A DNA stretch of 64,000 nt from Octopus vulgaris (taxonomy: Eukaryota): NCBI GenBank assembly GCA_951406725.2, contig OX597827.1, forward strand, positions 47,864,001 through 47,928,000, in the 5' to 3' direction. Below the pieces are notes generated by a model, which had not been told where the DNA came from, did no database searches, and saw nothing but the letters and a program-made list of their open reading frames with translations. The first letter of the stretch is position 1, and each line of letters begins with the position of its first letter. The position numbers and the translations under genes were made by a program. Of the stretch, positions 28,035 to 39,931 are shown piece after piece.

Positions 28035-28544
28035 AATATCTTCATGTCATTTGCTCTATATTTTGTAAGTTCCTCTTTTTTTACCAATAGCGTTATTAGT
28101 AGTTAGTGGTTAATTATGCTTAGAAAGAATTAATTCCTTCATTATTCTGATTGTGATTACTTTTATTCTTAGAATTACTAAGACGGTCATATCAACAAAA
28201 ACCCTCTATACAGTATGCAGAAATTAGATTAAATGTTATTAATCACAATTAATCCAACAAGATCTCATATCTTAGAGCAACCAAAGCCACACATATCAAC
28301 ATGGAAAGACTAATATGCATCACCTACATAGATTTATCGCTGACAAGCAAAGATTTCCTGGCTTGCCTGATTATATAGGCATCTTAACAATATTTACTTC
28401 CAAAATCTGGTGAGAAGGAGCAAGGAAGTTGACAGATAGATTTAAACAAAATCCTATATAATGAATATGCGAATAAGAAAGGATTAATTTTAATGAACGA
28501 TTTAATTACTACACTATTTATTTCCTTCTAGTACTGATTCTAAT

Positions 28545-28850
28545 GTGGAGGCGCAATGGCCCAGTGGTTAGGACAGCGGACTCGCGGTCGGAGGATAGCG
28601 GTTTCGATTCCCAGATCGGGCGTTGTGTGTGTCTATTGAGCGAAAACACCTACAAGCTCCACGAGGCTCCCGTAGGGGATGGTGGTGTCCCCTGTTGTAC
28701 TCTTTCGCCCCAACTTCTCTCACTCTCCTTTCCTGCTTCTTGAGTAACGCTGCGATGGACTGACATCCCGTCCAGCTGAGGGGGACACATACGCCACAGA
28801 AACCAGAAACCAGAGCCTCGCTAGGCTAGAAAAAGGGCATAATTAAATAA
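28545..28850 (+). mobile_element. SINE family 2 with perfect 12-bp TSD
   Basis: actgattctaat at 28533-28544 and 28851-28862. Confidence 0.9.
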
Positions 28851-29410
28851 ACTGATTCTAATATTCTGTTGGTTTATGAGTATATATTTGCTAACGTAAA
28901 CAAGCTACCTTATATTCGAATTGTATATTAACCAACGTTAGCTAGGCTGATAATCGGTTTTATTTTAGTTGTATTTTAGTGCTTTGTATATTCTGCTGTT
29001 GACTATATCCTGTACGCTCGCATTAAATTGGAGTGTTTTACTATTAGATCCACTTAGGGTTAATGCCAACGTATGCAATTTTTAAATGTTCTTCTTATCT
29101 ATTTTTTGGTAAGTTTCTAGCCTAAATATCTATGTCTCCTATGTAAAGGTATTTGTTATCAGATTAAGTGTATTTTTCTATACTTCTTAATAGCCATGAT
29201 ATTTGATTTATGGTTATGTTATAAGCAAATATGCACACTTACACATCTCAAACATATATAGAGTGATTTGTTTGCATGTGTGAATTTAAAGCGTATATTT
29301 ATACCTATGTGACATGTGACAACACGTACACAAAACATACATATATATATATACACACGTATATATATATATATATAATGAATATATAGACATACATATA
29401 CATATGTGTA

Positions 29411-29460
<50 letters not shown>

Positions 29461-29521
29461 TATATATATGTACATATTTATACATGTATATATGTTCGTA
29501 CTCACACATAAATTACACATG

Positions 29522-29570
<49 letters not shown>

Positions 29571-29572
29571 GC

Positions 29573-29606
<34 letters not shown>

Positions 29607-30464
29607 ATATATATATATATGTATATACCTGTGTGTATGAATATATAAGATGTTTGGGCACGCGTGTATGTCTAAAAGTTTGTTCGTGACCGTGTATGTG
29701 TACGAGTGTGCGCATGCGTGTATTTATTCGCGAAACCTTTATACACAAACATTGCGTTCCAGTTTGTTGATTTATGCCAATATAATGATTGTTTATTAAG
29801 ATATGTTTACCCAGCAAAACAGAGAAGAAGAAGAAAAAACAGAAATAAGGAAAAATCAAATATTTGATTTGGATTGGTTTCTCAGGCCATGCTGATTTCT
29901 TACTGAACGACAACAATAGCTACAACAGCAACAACAAACAACAAATAAAATCCGGCAAATATTTCCCACTATTAATGATTCTGTCCATTGCAAAAGGAAA
30001 CATAAGACTATGTATATACTAAAAATGATTGATACGCCCCACACCAGCGAGTACTATTCAACATCGGCTTAATACAAATACGGAGAACAAAATTCTAAGT
30101 AAACGGAACGACGCTAAAGAGATGAAGTTGTCTCACACTTGGCAGGTTTTCAGATAAATTACTGGTTTGTGTTAGGTCGGCCATAATCTTCTTTTTCGGC
30201 ATTTTTATCGAAGATTTGTGAAAGGAAGAAGCACAACAAATATGGCTCGCTGTGAATGGCCTCTGAGGCTAAAAATACATCTTTCGTTCCAGAGAGACAA
30301 AAATCATCATCAAATGCATTTAAACAGACTAAATGCATTGAAACATACGTGGGGGCCTTAATACTTACAATCTCAGAAAAAATTCAGAAAAACAAAGACA
30401 ATGGTAGACATAGTCACCCATATCAATACATATACATCTATATGCACACAGACGACAGACAGAC

Positions 30465-30507
<43 letters not shown>

Positions 30508-30508
30508 G

Positions 30509-30730
30509 CTTTATATATTAAATCCGTTCTGTCAGTATGTCTGTTTATGCACTTATAACTCAAGTAATCTTTATCCGATCGCGCTGAAATGCTAAACATG
30601 GATACATGAGAGAGCGGGGCGTTCCGTAATTTAAAAAGATTTTCAAAATGTTTGTAATCTTTATGTCCTGTTTCTCTCGCCATTAAAATAATCAGTTGCT
30701 CAGACTGCCGGCACATACCATTTCGCTAGC
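30509..30730 (+). mobile_element. Helitron 5'-terminal fragment
   Basis: ctttatatattaaa..tctgtcagtatgtctgt..ccgatc.gctgaaat, a typical Helitron 5' end; lies upstream of a Helitron coding remnant. Confidence 0.5.
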
Positions 30731-31539
30731 AACAAGAGGAGTACAGGATGACAGTAAGCCAAAACCGTCGCTATGCTGTCTCTCTATTTCCTTCTCTCTG
30801 TGGGGTTAATAATCTTAATCTTTAGTTACAGTTTATCAATAAAACTACATAATAGCCAGAATTGTAGGATTAAGACAGTAGGGTGTTTTGAGGGAGATTT
30901 GGCTGCTATTTCTACCAGGTCTTACGTCTGTATCGTTAAGTGAGATACTGTCCTATATATTATATATTCCCTATTCTTTCCAAAACCGAATTACAGGTTT
31001 TGACTATGGGGTATCAAAAGATTCAGTACTATTTTGGCTACAAATTAAACTTAATTTCCATTCACATATTTGCATTTCAAAAATTTAGCATAATCTTTCC
31101 ATAAATCAACTATATTAAACATGTTATACGATGACGTTACATTTTCTATATGTGTGTGCATCTTAAAAGACATCAATCATCACGACACACACCTTCACTC
31201 ACTCACTCTATCTCTCTTTCTAACCCTTTTTCTCTATCACATACACACACACAAGCACGCACGCATACACACACACACACACACACACACTCATACACGT
31301 CCATTTCATATATACCCACATACATCTTTCATTTTCTTTATCTTCTTTTCGCTTTATCTTCTTTTAATTTCTGCTCTCTTCAAATAAATTTTTACGGATA
31401 GAACTGCATACAAAAATAGGGATTAATGTATAATTTCTTTCTATGTTCATGTTTTTTTTTTTATTTACAATATTGGAAAAAATATCCCACTAAGGAAAAG
31501 ATGTAATCTCTCCAGAAACAAGTATATAACAAGGAGGAT

Positions 31540-32060
31540 TGTAGAAAACCGAAGGCGAGAGTCTGAAAAGAGAAGCTAGATGAGATTTTCTCAAGATCAG
31601 CAAATGCATGTTGCAGCACTTAATGCTGGATGATTAAATCCTAAACAGACTACGTACAAATTCGTTCTACACAACTCCTGAAGCTGTTTCCAGATATGAT
31701 CCATCCCATTCTTATAAAAATAATAACTGTCCAAATTGGTGTGCTAAACACAAATTGACAAATTAAAATTTTCAAATGAAACCAAGGGTATGTGCTGTTC
31801 AGGCTGTAAGGTAACATTGCCAGCACTACTAGCTTCTTCTCAACGTCTTATCTTCTAGAAGGGATTAACATGCAGTCGAAGGATTTTCTGAACAATATCA
31901 GACAATACGACTCTGCAAATGACATTGTTTGGTGCATCTAAGAAGATAGATAAACATGAATTTACGACGACGTCAAATTTCATGTCAATCACCTCATTGG
32001 TTCGATGTTACCTACAAATGAACAACCAAATTTACTTTATGAGTAATGTAGGTCAACAAA
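31540..32060 (+). mobile_element. Helitron Rep/helicase N-terminal coding remnant
   Basis: ETKGMCCSGCKVTLPAL..SKDFLNNIRQYDSA..MTLFGA..HLIGSMLP..QIYFM, characteristic of the Helitron N-terminus; frameshifted. Confidence 0.8.
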
Positions 32061-32301
32061 CCCGAAGGCGGTGTCAAAATTTCAGACGATGGGTCGTGTT
32101 AGACACAGCGCCGACCGCTGCAAAGAGAGTTTATCCACAGACACCTTCTCCGTGCGCTCAAAAATCACACAACCTTCACACGTTAGGGCCTGAAATACTC
32201 CAAACGGATGCTCAATGTTAGGAAGTTTTCTTTCCCAACAGTCTAATCTGATGTGCGTACGTAATATGATGATGATGATGATGATGATGATGGTGATGAT
32301 G

Positions 32302-32364
<63 letters not shown>

Positions 32365-32365
<1 letters not shown>

Positions 32366-32800
32366 GATCAGAGCTTATTGATCAGTACTATCAAGCCAAT
32401 GTGACGAGGAATGGTGTAGACCCAAAGTGCCGATACTGCAACGATGGGATAGAAACAGTGGACCACCTAATCTCTGGATATAAGGTTTTAGCACCTGTAG
32501 AGTACACATCAAGACAGGGCAGAGTTGGCCAAAATCTGCATTGGATAGTATGTCGGCATTATAAAATCAAAACTGCTGATATATGCTACAAGCTCTGGGA
32601 ACAGTGAGCAAAAATCTCGAGAAGTACGTGGAACAAATAGGGGCTGCAATAAGGGCGGAGCACTTGCAGAAAATAGCCCTGACTGGAACGGCTCGAATAC
32701 TCCGGAAGATGCTCGAAAAATAAGAGGTGTTACCTTATTTCACTGGTAGTGAACAGCTGACACCTTAGTACATCTCCAGTTTTAGAAGCTATACAAAGGC
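32365..32800 (+). mobile_element. R4/Dong-type LINE 3' fragment in a (TAA)n tract
   Basis: DPKCRYCNDGIETVDHLISG zinc knuckle, LHWIVC, ALGTVSKNLEKY..LQKIALTGTARILRKML*; (TAA)n on both sides. Confidence 0.85.
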
Positions 32801-32859
<59 letters not shown>

Positions 32860-34990
32860 CAACAACTAGATCGAAAAATACCTCAGGAATGAGAAACTAG
32901 GTTTGGAATTTTCTCCAAGACACCTGATGAAGGCTGGGGGGTGTATCAGCCGAAATATTGTGTTAACAACCAACAAGATTTCTATATTTCTGCTCCAGTG
33001 TCACATTGATGGCATGCGCTGCTCTTTCACTCAATAATAAACATAAAATCACATCTTATAAGATACGCGTCATGATCTATATTTGATTGTTAAGCGAAAA
33101 GGAGAGAAAATTAATGACGTAGCCTAGATTGGGAAACTAAAATAACCCATTATTCTACAGCTAATACAAACTCAATATATGCACATGTTCAGGATGTTGT
33201 ACAAACAAGAACTTAATTGTTGGAAAAGAAAAGAAAGCTGAAACGAAACGAAAGATAAATTTAATTCGAGACGCCACCAACAACATTTTCCTCTTCATAG
33301 TAACCTATAAAATATACATTAAGTCAGTGAGAGTATATGAATGCTGACAATGACTTTGGACTAAATGCAGAAACGGAATTTCTGATTTTAGCTGCGCTAA
33401 ATCCATGCCAAGACACGCTTGCTCCAAAAATAAATTCTTCACACAAGTATCTATCTTCGACTTCAAAGGATATAACAAAACATCCGACCAGGTTATTTTT
33501 GGTTGTCTTGTCATCATGAAAATAGAATACATTCCCATATTTAGCTATGAAGATCGTAGTAACCATTTGGTAATATTTCATCACTCCTAATTGAATTTAA
33601 TGTTAGAGAATAGAACCACACTGGAGCACTCTGATATATTATAATATCATTGTTACGATGTTCTGGGATATGCCTGTACAAAGTGAAAAAGGAATCAAAA
33701 TAGACAATACGGACAATGTTAACAAAACCTGGAAGAAATAGGATTAATATGATAGATATAGCGATTGTATTTAAATGTTGTGGAAAAGTTATCAAAATGG
33801 CCGGGTGTTAGTACGGAATTAAATTTGGTATCAATAATGTTTGAAGTGTGTGATCTAAAAAATAACACGCAAACAAATCATACCAAAGTACATAGAGTTA
33901 TATACAGTTCTAAAGAAGGTTGAAGATACAGATAACATATTTTCTGCAATGCAGTTACCAAAAGGCCACACAGCACATACTATAAGCAATCTCGTCCCAG
34001 TATTTTAAGGTCTATCCACAACAATGAGAAAAATAATGAGATCATATAATAAACAACAAAGTAAATATCACGATAATAATTGTACATAATATAAGCCTAT
34101 TGTTTCTGTGATCTTTAAAGCTCAGCAACAAATTGTATGTTAAAACCGAAAGACAAACTGAAACACTGATACAGTCGGTGCATTGATTCAGTAGTGAAGT
34201 TGATATAAAATTAAAACCAAATCATACATCAGCACTATTTTGAAGAGAAAACGAGATCAATGATAACATGTACTGATATCAAACTTGATCAAACAATAGA
34301 GAAAAGAGGAATTTATGAACAAGACACGCCAGATGGAACACAGACGGGTTTCAGCAGACAAAAATCACATATTTGGTTGTGAAAGGTCATCAAGTATAAG
34401 GAGTTGTTTTCGAGGTGTGCACGCTCCATGGAGATCATGGTCAAATTTCACTGAGGTTATTTTTTCTCTATTTGTCATTTGACGAAGAATAAGTATGGAA
34501 GAATGAAATGCAAATTTTGCCACAGTTGTATTTGAAGTCACAACATAAAGTTCTGTCGATCTATAATAACAAAATTATTTCATCCTTCTTAGTACAGGGA
34601 CTCTTTCATACATACCTGTTACATACAAACATGTGACAATATAAAATAGCATACCAGAAATTTTCATTCGAATCAAAAACGAGAATGTAGATATTATTTT
34701 AAAGAATAAAAGAACATATTAAAACGAGGACCGGACCACAAATGTGTAAGAGTTCACTATTTCAGTTCGATCCGGCCTTTGACTAGCACCGATTCAGCAC
34801 ACATGATGGTGTAGAGCTATGAAATGAGACTGTGAATTAGAGACACGCGGATCATTATGTCCAAACGATAACCTCCCAACTGTGCATATTTTTTTTATCA
34901 CCCGTTGCCGATATTCCGCAAGAAAGCAACAAAATAAAGACCAGATGCTATTAGTAATTCACTTCAGTTTGAGCATTGTATTTCTCTGGG

Positions 34991-35037
<47 letters not shown>

Positions 35038-35572
35038 GATATACATTCACATATATGTATGTGTGTGTGTGTGTGCATGTGCGTGTGTGTGAGGGGGTTG
35101 CATTAAGTATGTCGGGAAAGGCCTGACTGGAGGACTAGTCCTCCGAGTTCTTTGTATAGGGCTTAGAAAAACTGAAAAACCACTGCAGATACTCCTGCGT
35201 TATCTTTTACCCAATGCAAGGAAATATTCAACTCTCATAATTAAAGTTGAAATATATATATAGAGAGAGGTAAATGTATATATTGGAATTTGATTATTGG
35301 CAGGTGAGTTCATCCGATTCCCGCGTTGAGTTCCTTTGTCTGATGGAAGCGTCTTGTAAAGAGTCAGTATTTTATGCCATGCAGCTGTCACACCTTCTAG
35401 TCACACTAGATTTCATTGATGTCCAGAAACTTCCTACATCAATAATATAGGATAAAATAGTTTACGTTGCCATTCAATTTCTCATTCACAAAAATATTGC
35501 GTCTAGTTGCTGTTGAGGTTCCTACTAACAAAGCTGTTGACTAATGTGTTATAAGAAATGTTCTAAAAATAT

Positions 35573-36156
35573 TCTTTTCTACTCTCGGCAAAAGGCCTGA
35601 GTTCTGGGGGGAGGGGCACCAGTCGCTTATATCGGCCCCAGTACGCAACTAATACTTAAGTTATCGACCACGAAAGGATGAAAGGCAAAGTCTACCTTGA
35701 CAGAATTTGAACTCAGAACGTAAAGACAGACGAAATACCTATCTCTTTACTACCCACAAGGAGCTAAGCACAGGGAGGACAAACAAGGACAGACATACGG
35801 ATTAAGTCAATAATATTGACCCCAGTGCGTAACTGGTACTTAATTTATAGACCCCGAAAGTATGATAGGGTAAGTCGACCTAGGCGGAATTTGAACTCAG
35901 AACGTAACGGCAGACGAAATACCTATTTCTTTACTACCCACAAGGGGCTAAACACAGAGAGGACAAACAAGGACAGAGATGCGGATTAAGTCAATTATAT
36001 CGACCCCAGTGCGTAACTGGTACTTAATTTATCGACCCCGAAAGGATGAAAGGCAAAGTTGACCTCAGCGGAATTTGAACTCAGAGCCTAACGGCAGACG
36101 AAATGCGGCTACGCATTTCGCCCGGCGTGCTAACGTTTCTGCCAGCTCGCCGCCTT
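35573..36156 (-). mobile_element. SINE family 1 trimer with TSD
   Basis: Three ~185-bp units; TSD aatgttctaaaaatat / aatgttccaagaatat. Confidence 0.88.
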
Positions 36157-38334
36157 AATGTTCCAAGAATATAGTTTCCTAGAGGACAGTCATATTGACG
36201 CACAAAATATATTATCTTAAATATTAAAGTGGCGAATCTCTCTACTTGTGTAGGACTTCCATTTTAGAATGTTTTTAGAGGACATACAAAATTCTTCCCA
36301 GTATATTTGATGTAGAAAGCTAACTGTTTGCAATAGCTGAAGAAAGAAGCACTGGAAATGCCAGTACGTGGATGGTGCATGTAAGAATGACGCAGAGGGG
36401 AGAGAAAGAGAAAAACGAGCATCTGGCTCAACTGTATAAATATACTTGTAAGGTTGATGGCCTACGGATTTAGGGATATATCTGGAAGAAACGAATAAGC
36501 TACAATAATCTCAGTATCAATATAGAAATCTTCAGTGTAGGTCACTTTAAAACGGTAGCAGTAAGGAGAGAAAGCTAATAAAATATGAAGAGAGAATGTT
36601 TGAAAATAGTTGTCTGTCTGAAACCGACCTTAAGAACGGTTAGCACGAAATGGTAATCATGTACCATTTTTTTATACATAAATCTGAGCCATTTGCGACA
36701 CCGGAAAAGTATTCGTGTTTTTAATAATAAACAAAAAAAGAAATATTTCGATTGTAGGTAGCTGAATATATAAATGTATTCCTATGACTTTTTGCGCAGT
36801 ATGTGTATTTCAATGTTCTTTTTTTACCTCCTCTTATGCATACAATGTTATGCAATATATGAATGAGCAGTAATTGGACGGGTTTCGGAACTAAACACAG
36901 AACTTGTGAAATCAATACTTCATGACAACACATATTTATAAGAATCAATGTTCATATAAAACGAAAAACCTGAATCCGTATCCATATCTGCACACACATA
37001 CTATGCTTACATTTGTTGTCAGAAATTATTGCACACCATATAGAAATTTTTCCCATTTTGTACGCATTGAATTTTGAAATATTGGCTGCGGCGACGTTGC
37101 TTTTCATCCGTGCGTAGTCGATTAAATAATAGCATTCAGCTGGAGTTAATTTTAGCAACATATACCTATACGTTGAGAAACTTCATTTCGTTGTAGGTTG
37201 AATTAAATATTTAGCATAGAGATGTGGTAGCGAATATTTAGAAACACAAAAGAAATCGAATCAGTTACATGGTTTTATTCTCAGCTTGTTAAGTAATGCA
37301 TTTTGTTAACGACAAAAATATAGCCAAAGAAGAGAGAAACGTCGCATTCTAGTACTTCTACGTCCACTCTATAAATATGTTGCCATGCAAAAGATCAGAA
37401 ATACTCGCCAAAACAATATTGAACTTAATGTGTCTCTTGATATTTTTTTGTGTCTAATTAATGGCACAGCAAATTTTCTGGAACAAGTAATTTGGCTTTG
37501 AAAGCAGCTAGGTATAATTATTAATAAATAATACGAATGCAATAAATTCATATATTATCTGGATCAATTTCTGAACGCCATTGAAATCAAAGTAGATCAA
37601 TAAGCTCTAACGGCTGGTCTAATCAAATCATAAAAGGAAGAAGATTAAGATTTTGTTTGCTAGAGGAAGAGGAGAAAGAGTGTAGATATAATAAAATATA
37701 ATAAATCGCCATATTTCGTGTCGAGCCACTGGGTTCTACGATTAAAAGGAGCCAATTGTTGATGTTACGTTTTGTTCATATGAAATTCGATACAAAATGT
37801 GTTCAAATAATGGTGTTGAGAGGCCGAAATCCGCTAGGCTGCTTCTCTATACTGATCAGCACATTCAATGGAATAATGCCAGAGAAATCAGGTCAAATAA
37901 ATCTATCACAGTAAATCTTCAAAAGAATGAAGCTCTACACTGATCAGTTACTGAATTCTATCAATCCATATGAAAGACTGTTAAATTTACTTACTAAACA
38001 ATTAAAGCAGAGTAATAGAATCCACAGGACTTAAGAATTTGAACCCACGAGTACGCAGGAGCGGGTACTATTTCCTTTGGCTTTTGCCCTGAAAGCAGAA
38101 AAGCGGGCAGCCACATGGCTTTGTGTTTATGGCTCGCAAATTGGCAAAAGCATTGTTATTTACAAGCAAAACTACAATACAATGTAGCCATTAGTCCTTA
38201 CGTCTACCAGGTATATCGTCAAACGAGGCTCCGGCTTAAATGCCATTGTACGTTGGGCTGGTTAAACATTTAAGTTTATTAATATACTCACCTTTGCTTG
38301 TCTGATCCGTTAGTATTTCTTGCCTTATTTGAAT

Positions 38335-38344
38335 TTCTTTTTTT

Positions 38345-38403
<59 letters not shown>

Positions 38404-38474
38404 GTCTACCTGTCTACCTGTCTGTCTATCTACCAGTCTATCTGTCTATCTATCAATATATCTAACTATCTATA

Positions 38475-38524
<50 letters not shown>

Positions 38525-38734
38525 GCTAGCTATCTATTTATCTATCCATCTATCTATCTCTCTATCTGTCTGCCTGTCTGTCTCTCTCTCTTTGTTTGTC
38601 TCTCTCTTTATCTAGTTATCTGTATATCTGTATATCTGTATATAACGTGTGTGTGGGTGTATGTGTATATAATGCATATATATATATACACATATACATA
38701 TATATTCAGATACACCCACACGTACATACATACA

Positions 38735-38778
<44 letters not shown>

Positions 38779-38790
38779 CTCACACATCCA
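38335..38790. repeat. Compound (TTTC)n/(TATC)n/(TA)n
   Basis: Direct observation. Confidence 0.9.
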
Positions 38791-39564
38791 CACATATGTG
38801 TTACTCATGATGTGTACATGTGTGTCATTAATATAAAGGTTTAACAATTAAATTTATACTTCAAACTTAGACGGTAAACAATATGGTGTGTATACTAAAA
38901 GAGAAGGGCCCAGGATTATAATTACGAAGTCATAAAATATATAGCTGTTTTACTATCAGTCAAAGAGAGATGCAAATGGTTTCTGAAGAACCTTCAAATG
39001 ATTTCGGGGTCTAAAATTGAACTATAAATTAAATGGATAAATTAAACTAGATTTTCCCATTGTATAGTCATAAGATCTATCTTTGTTGGTTTATTGCCGG
39101 TTTTAGATCCTGGCCTCCTAATGCTGCTATAAATTTGATTGTTGATCCATTACATGTTGTATATGCACATGTCGACTCTTTCAAGTCTTACTAATTTAAA
39201 TATTTATCTAATGACCTTGTGTTGTATATTGTAATGTAATCCTTTACGACTGCATAATTACAACTTTGCCGAAACACTTGTAAATTTTAAACGCCGTTCG
39301 CGTTTACAATTTTATACGTATGCCACACCAAGTATCCCCTCATGAGTGAAATCTATGATTAGAAATTCTATTTGGTACTTGCATATCTTCGGTATCCTTA
39401 GCTTTTGCAGTTCTCCTCAGCGGTTAGTGGCCAAAAATCATCACGATTTTGCGCTATTGTCGATAAGATTATTCACTTTAGTGCGACAAAAGTAAATACT
39501 GTTTCGACATGTGAGCATTCGTGAAGGACGTTGAAGGAAACGACGAATAAAGACAAGAAATAAG

Positions 39565-39630
39565 GGAGTGGATTTGGTAGACGGAAACTGAAAGAATCCA
39601 GTCGTATATATATATATATATATATATATA

Positions 39631-39676
<46 letters not shown>

Positions 39677-39872
39677 TTTTTGTCCTCTAGAATCTCTTGA
39701 CAACCAATGTTGGTGTGTTTATGTCCCTGTAATTTAGCGATTCGGCAAAAAAGACCGATCGAATAAGTACTAGGCTTACAAAGAATAAGTCCTGGGGTCG
39801 ATGTGTTCAACTAAAGGCGGTGGTCCAGCATAGCCGCAGTCAAATGACTGAAACAAATAAAAAAAATAAAAG
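39565..39872 (+). mobile_element. SINE family 3, 5'-truncated
   Basis: gagtggatttggtagacggaaactgaaag..caaatgactgaaacaa. Confidence 0.8.
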
Positions 39873-39876
39873 AATA

Positions 39877-39931
<55 letters not shown>

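Larger units (their letters stand above)
27338..37830 (-). pseudogene. Copy B: decayed FN3-TM-KHD-cyclase receptor guanylyl cyclase-like paralogue (most completely traceable copy)
   Basis: FN3: ~37760 QLAPFN; 37161-36952 ..QIWIRIQV; ~36890 VPKPVQLL; ~35390-35200 YTFTSL; 34560-34340 ELYVVTSNT..LDDL-TTKYVIFV. TM ~34112-34015: RLILCTIIIVIFTLLFII. Exons 33854-33729 and 33673- join in phase 2 across a 55-nt GT-AG intron: ..NDIIIYQSAPVWFYSL (retGC IGVYEGDRVWLKK). KHD: NLVGCFVISFEVEDRYLCEEF; ~33220-33125 IKFL..CRIMGYFSFPI (CVVDGRFVLKI). Hinge ~29210: KSNIM--LLRSIEKYT. Cyclase: ~29000-28870 LK..LIYNSNI; ~28400 ILEVNIV-DAYI-SGKP; ~28200 VFVDMTVLVILRIKVI. Last exon 27402-27338: VGKKRSYKLL..* (KGKVRTYWLL). 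Confidence 0.8.

Noticed and set aside
29850-30420. Precise exons for KHD subdomains IX-XI of copy B (GDYVY..SEFFLR, YGRP, AWPEKP)
   Set aside because: Position and order are consistent, but the similarity is too weak to call individually.
33324-33795. IgGFc-binding-like or chemotactile/nAChR-like gene
   Set aside because: The context (TM upstream; kinase subdomains, hinge and cyclase downstream) fits a KHD, and there is no Cys-loop signature.
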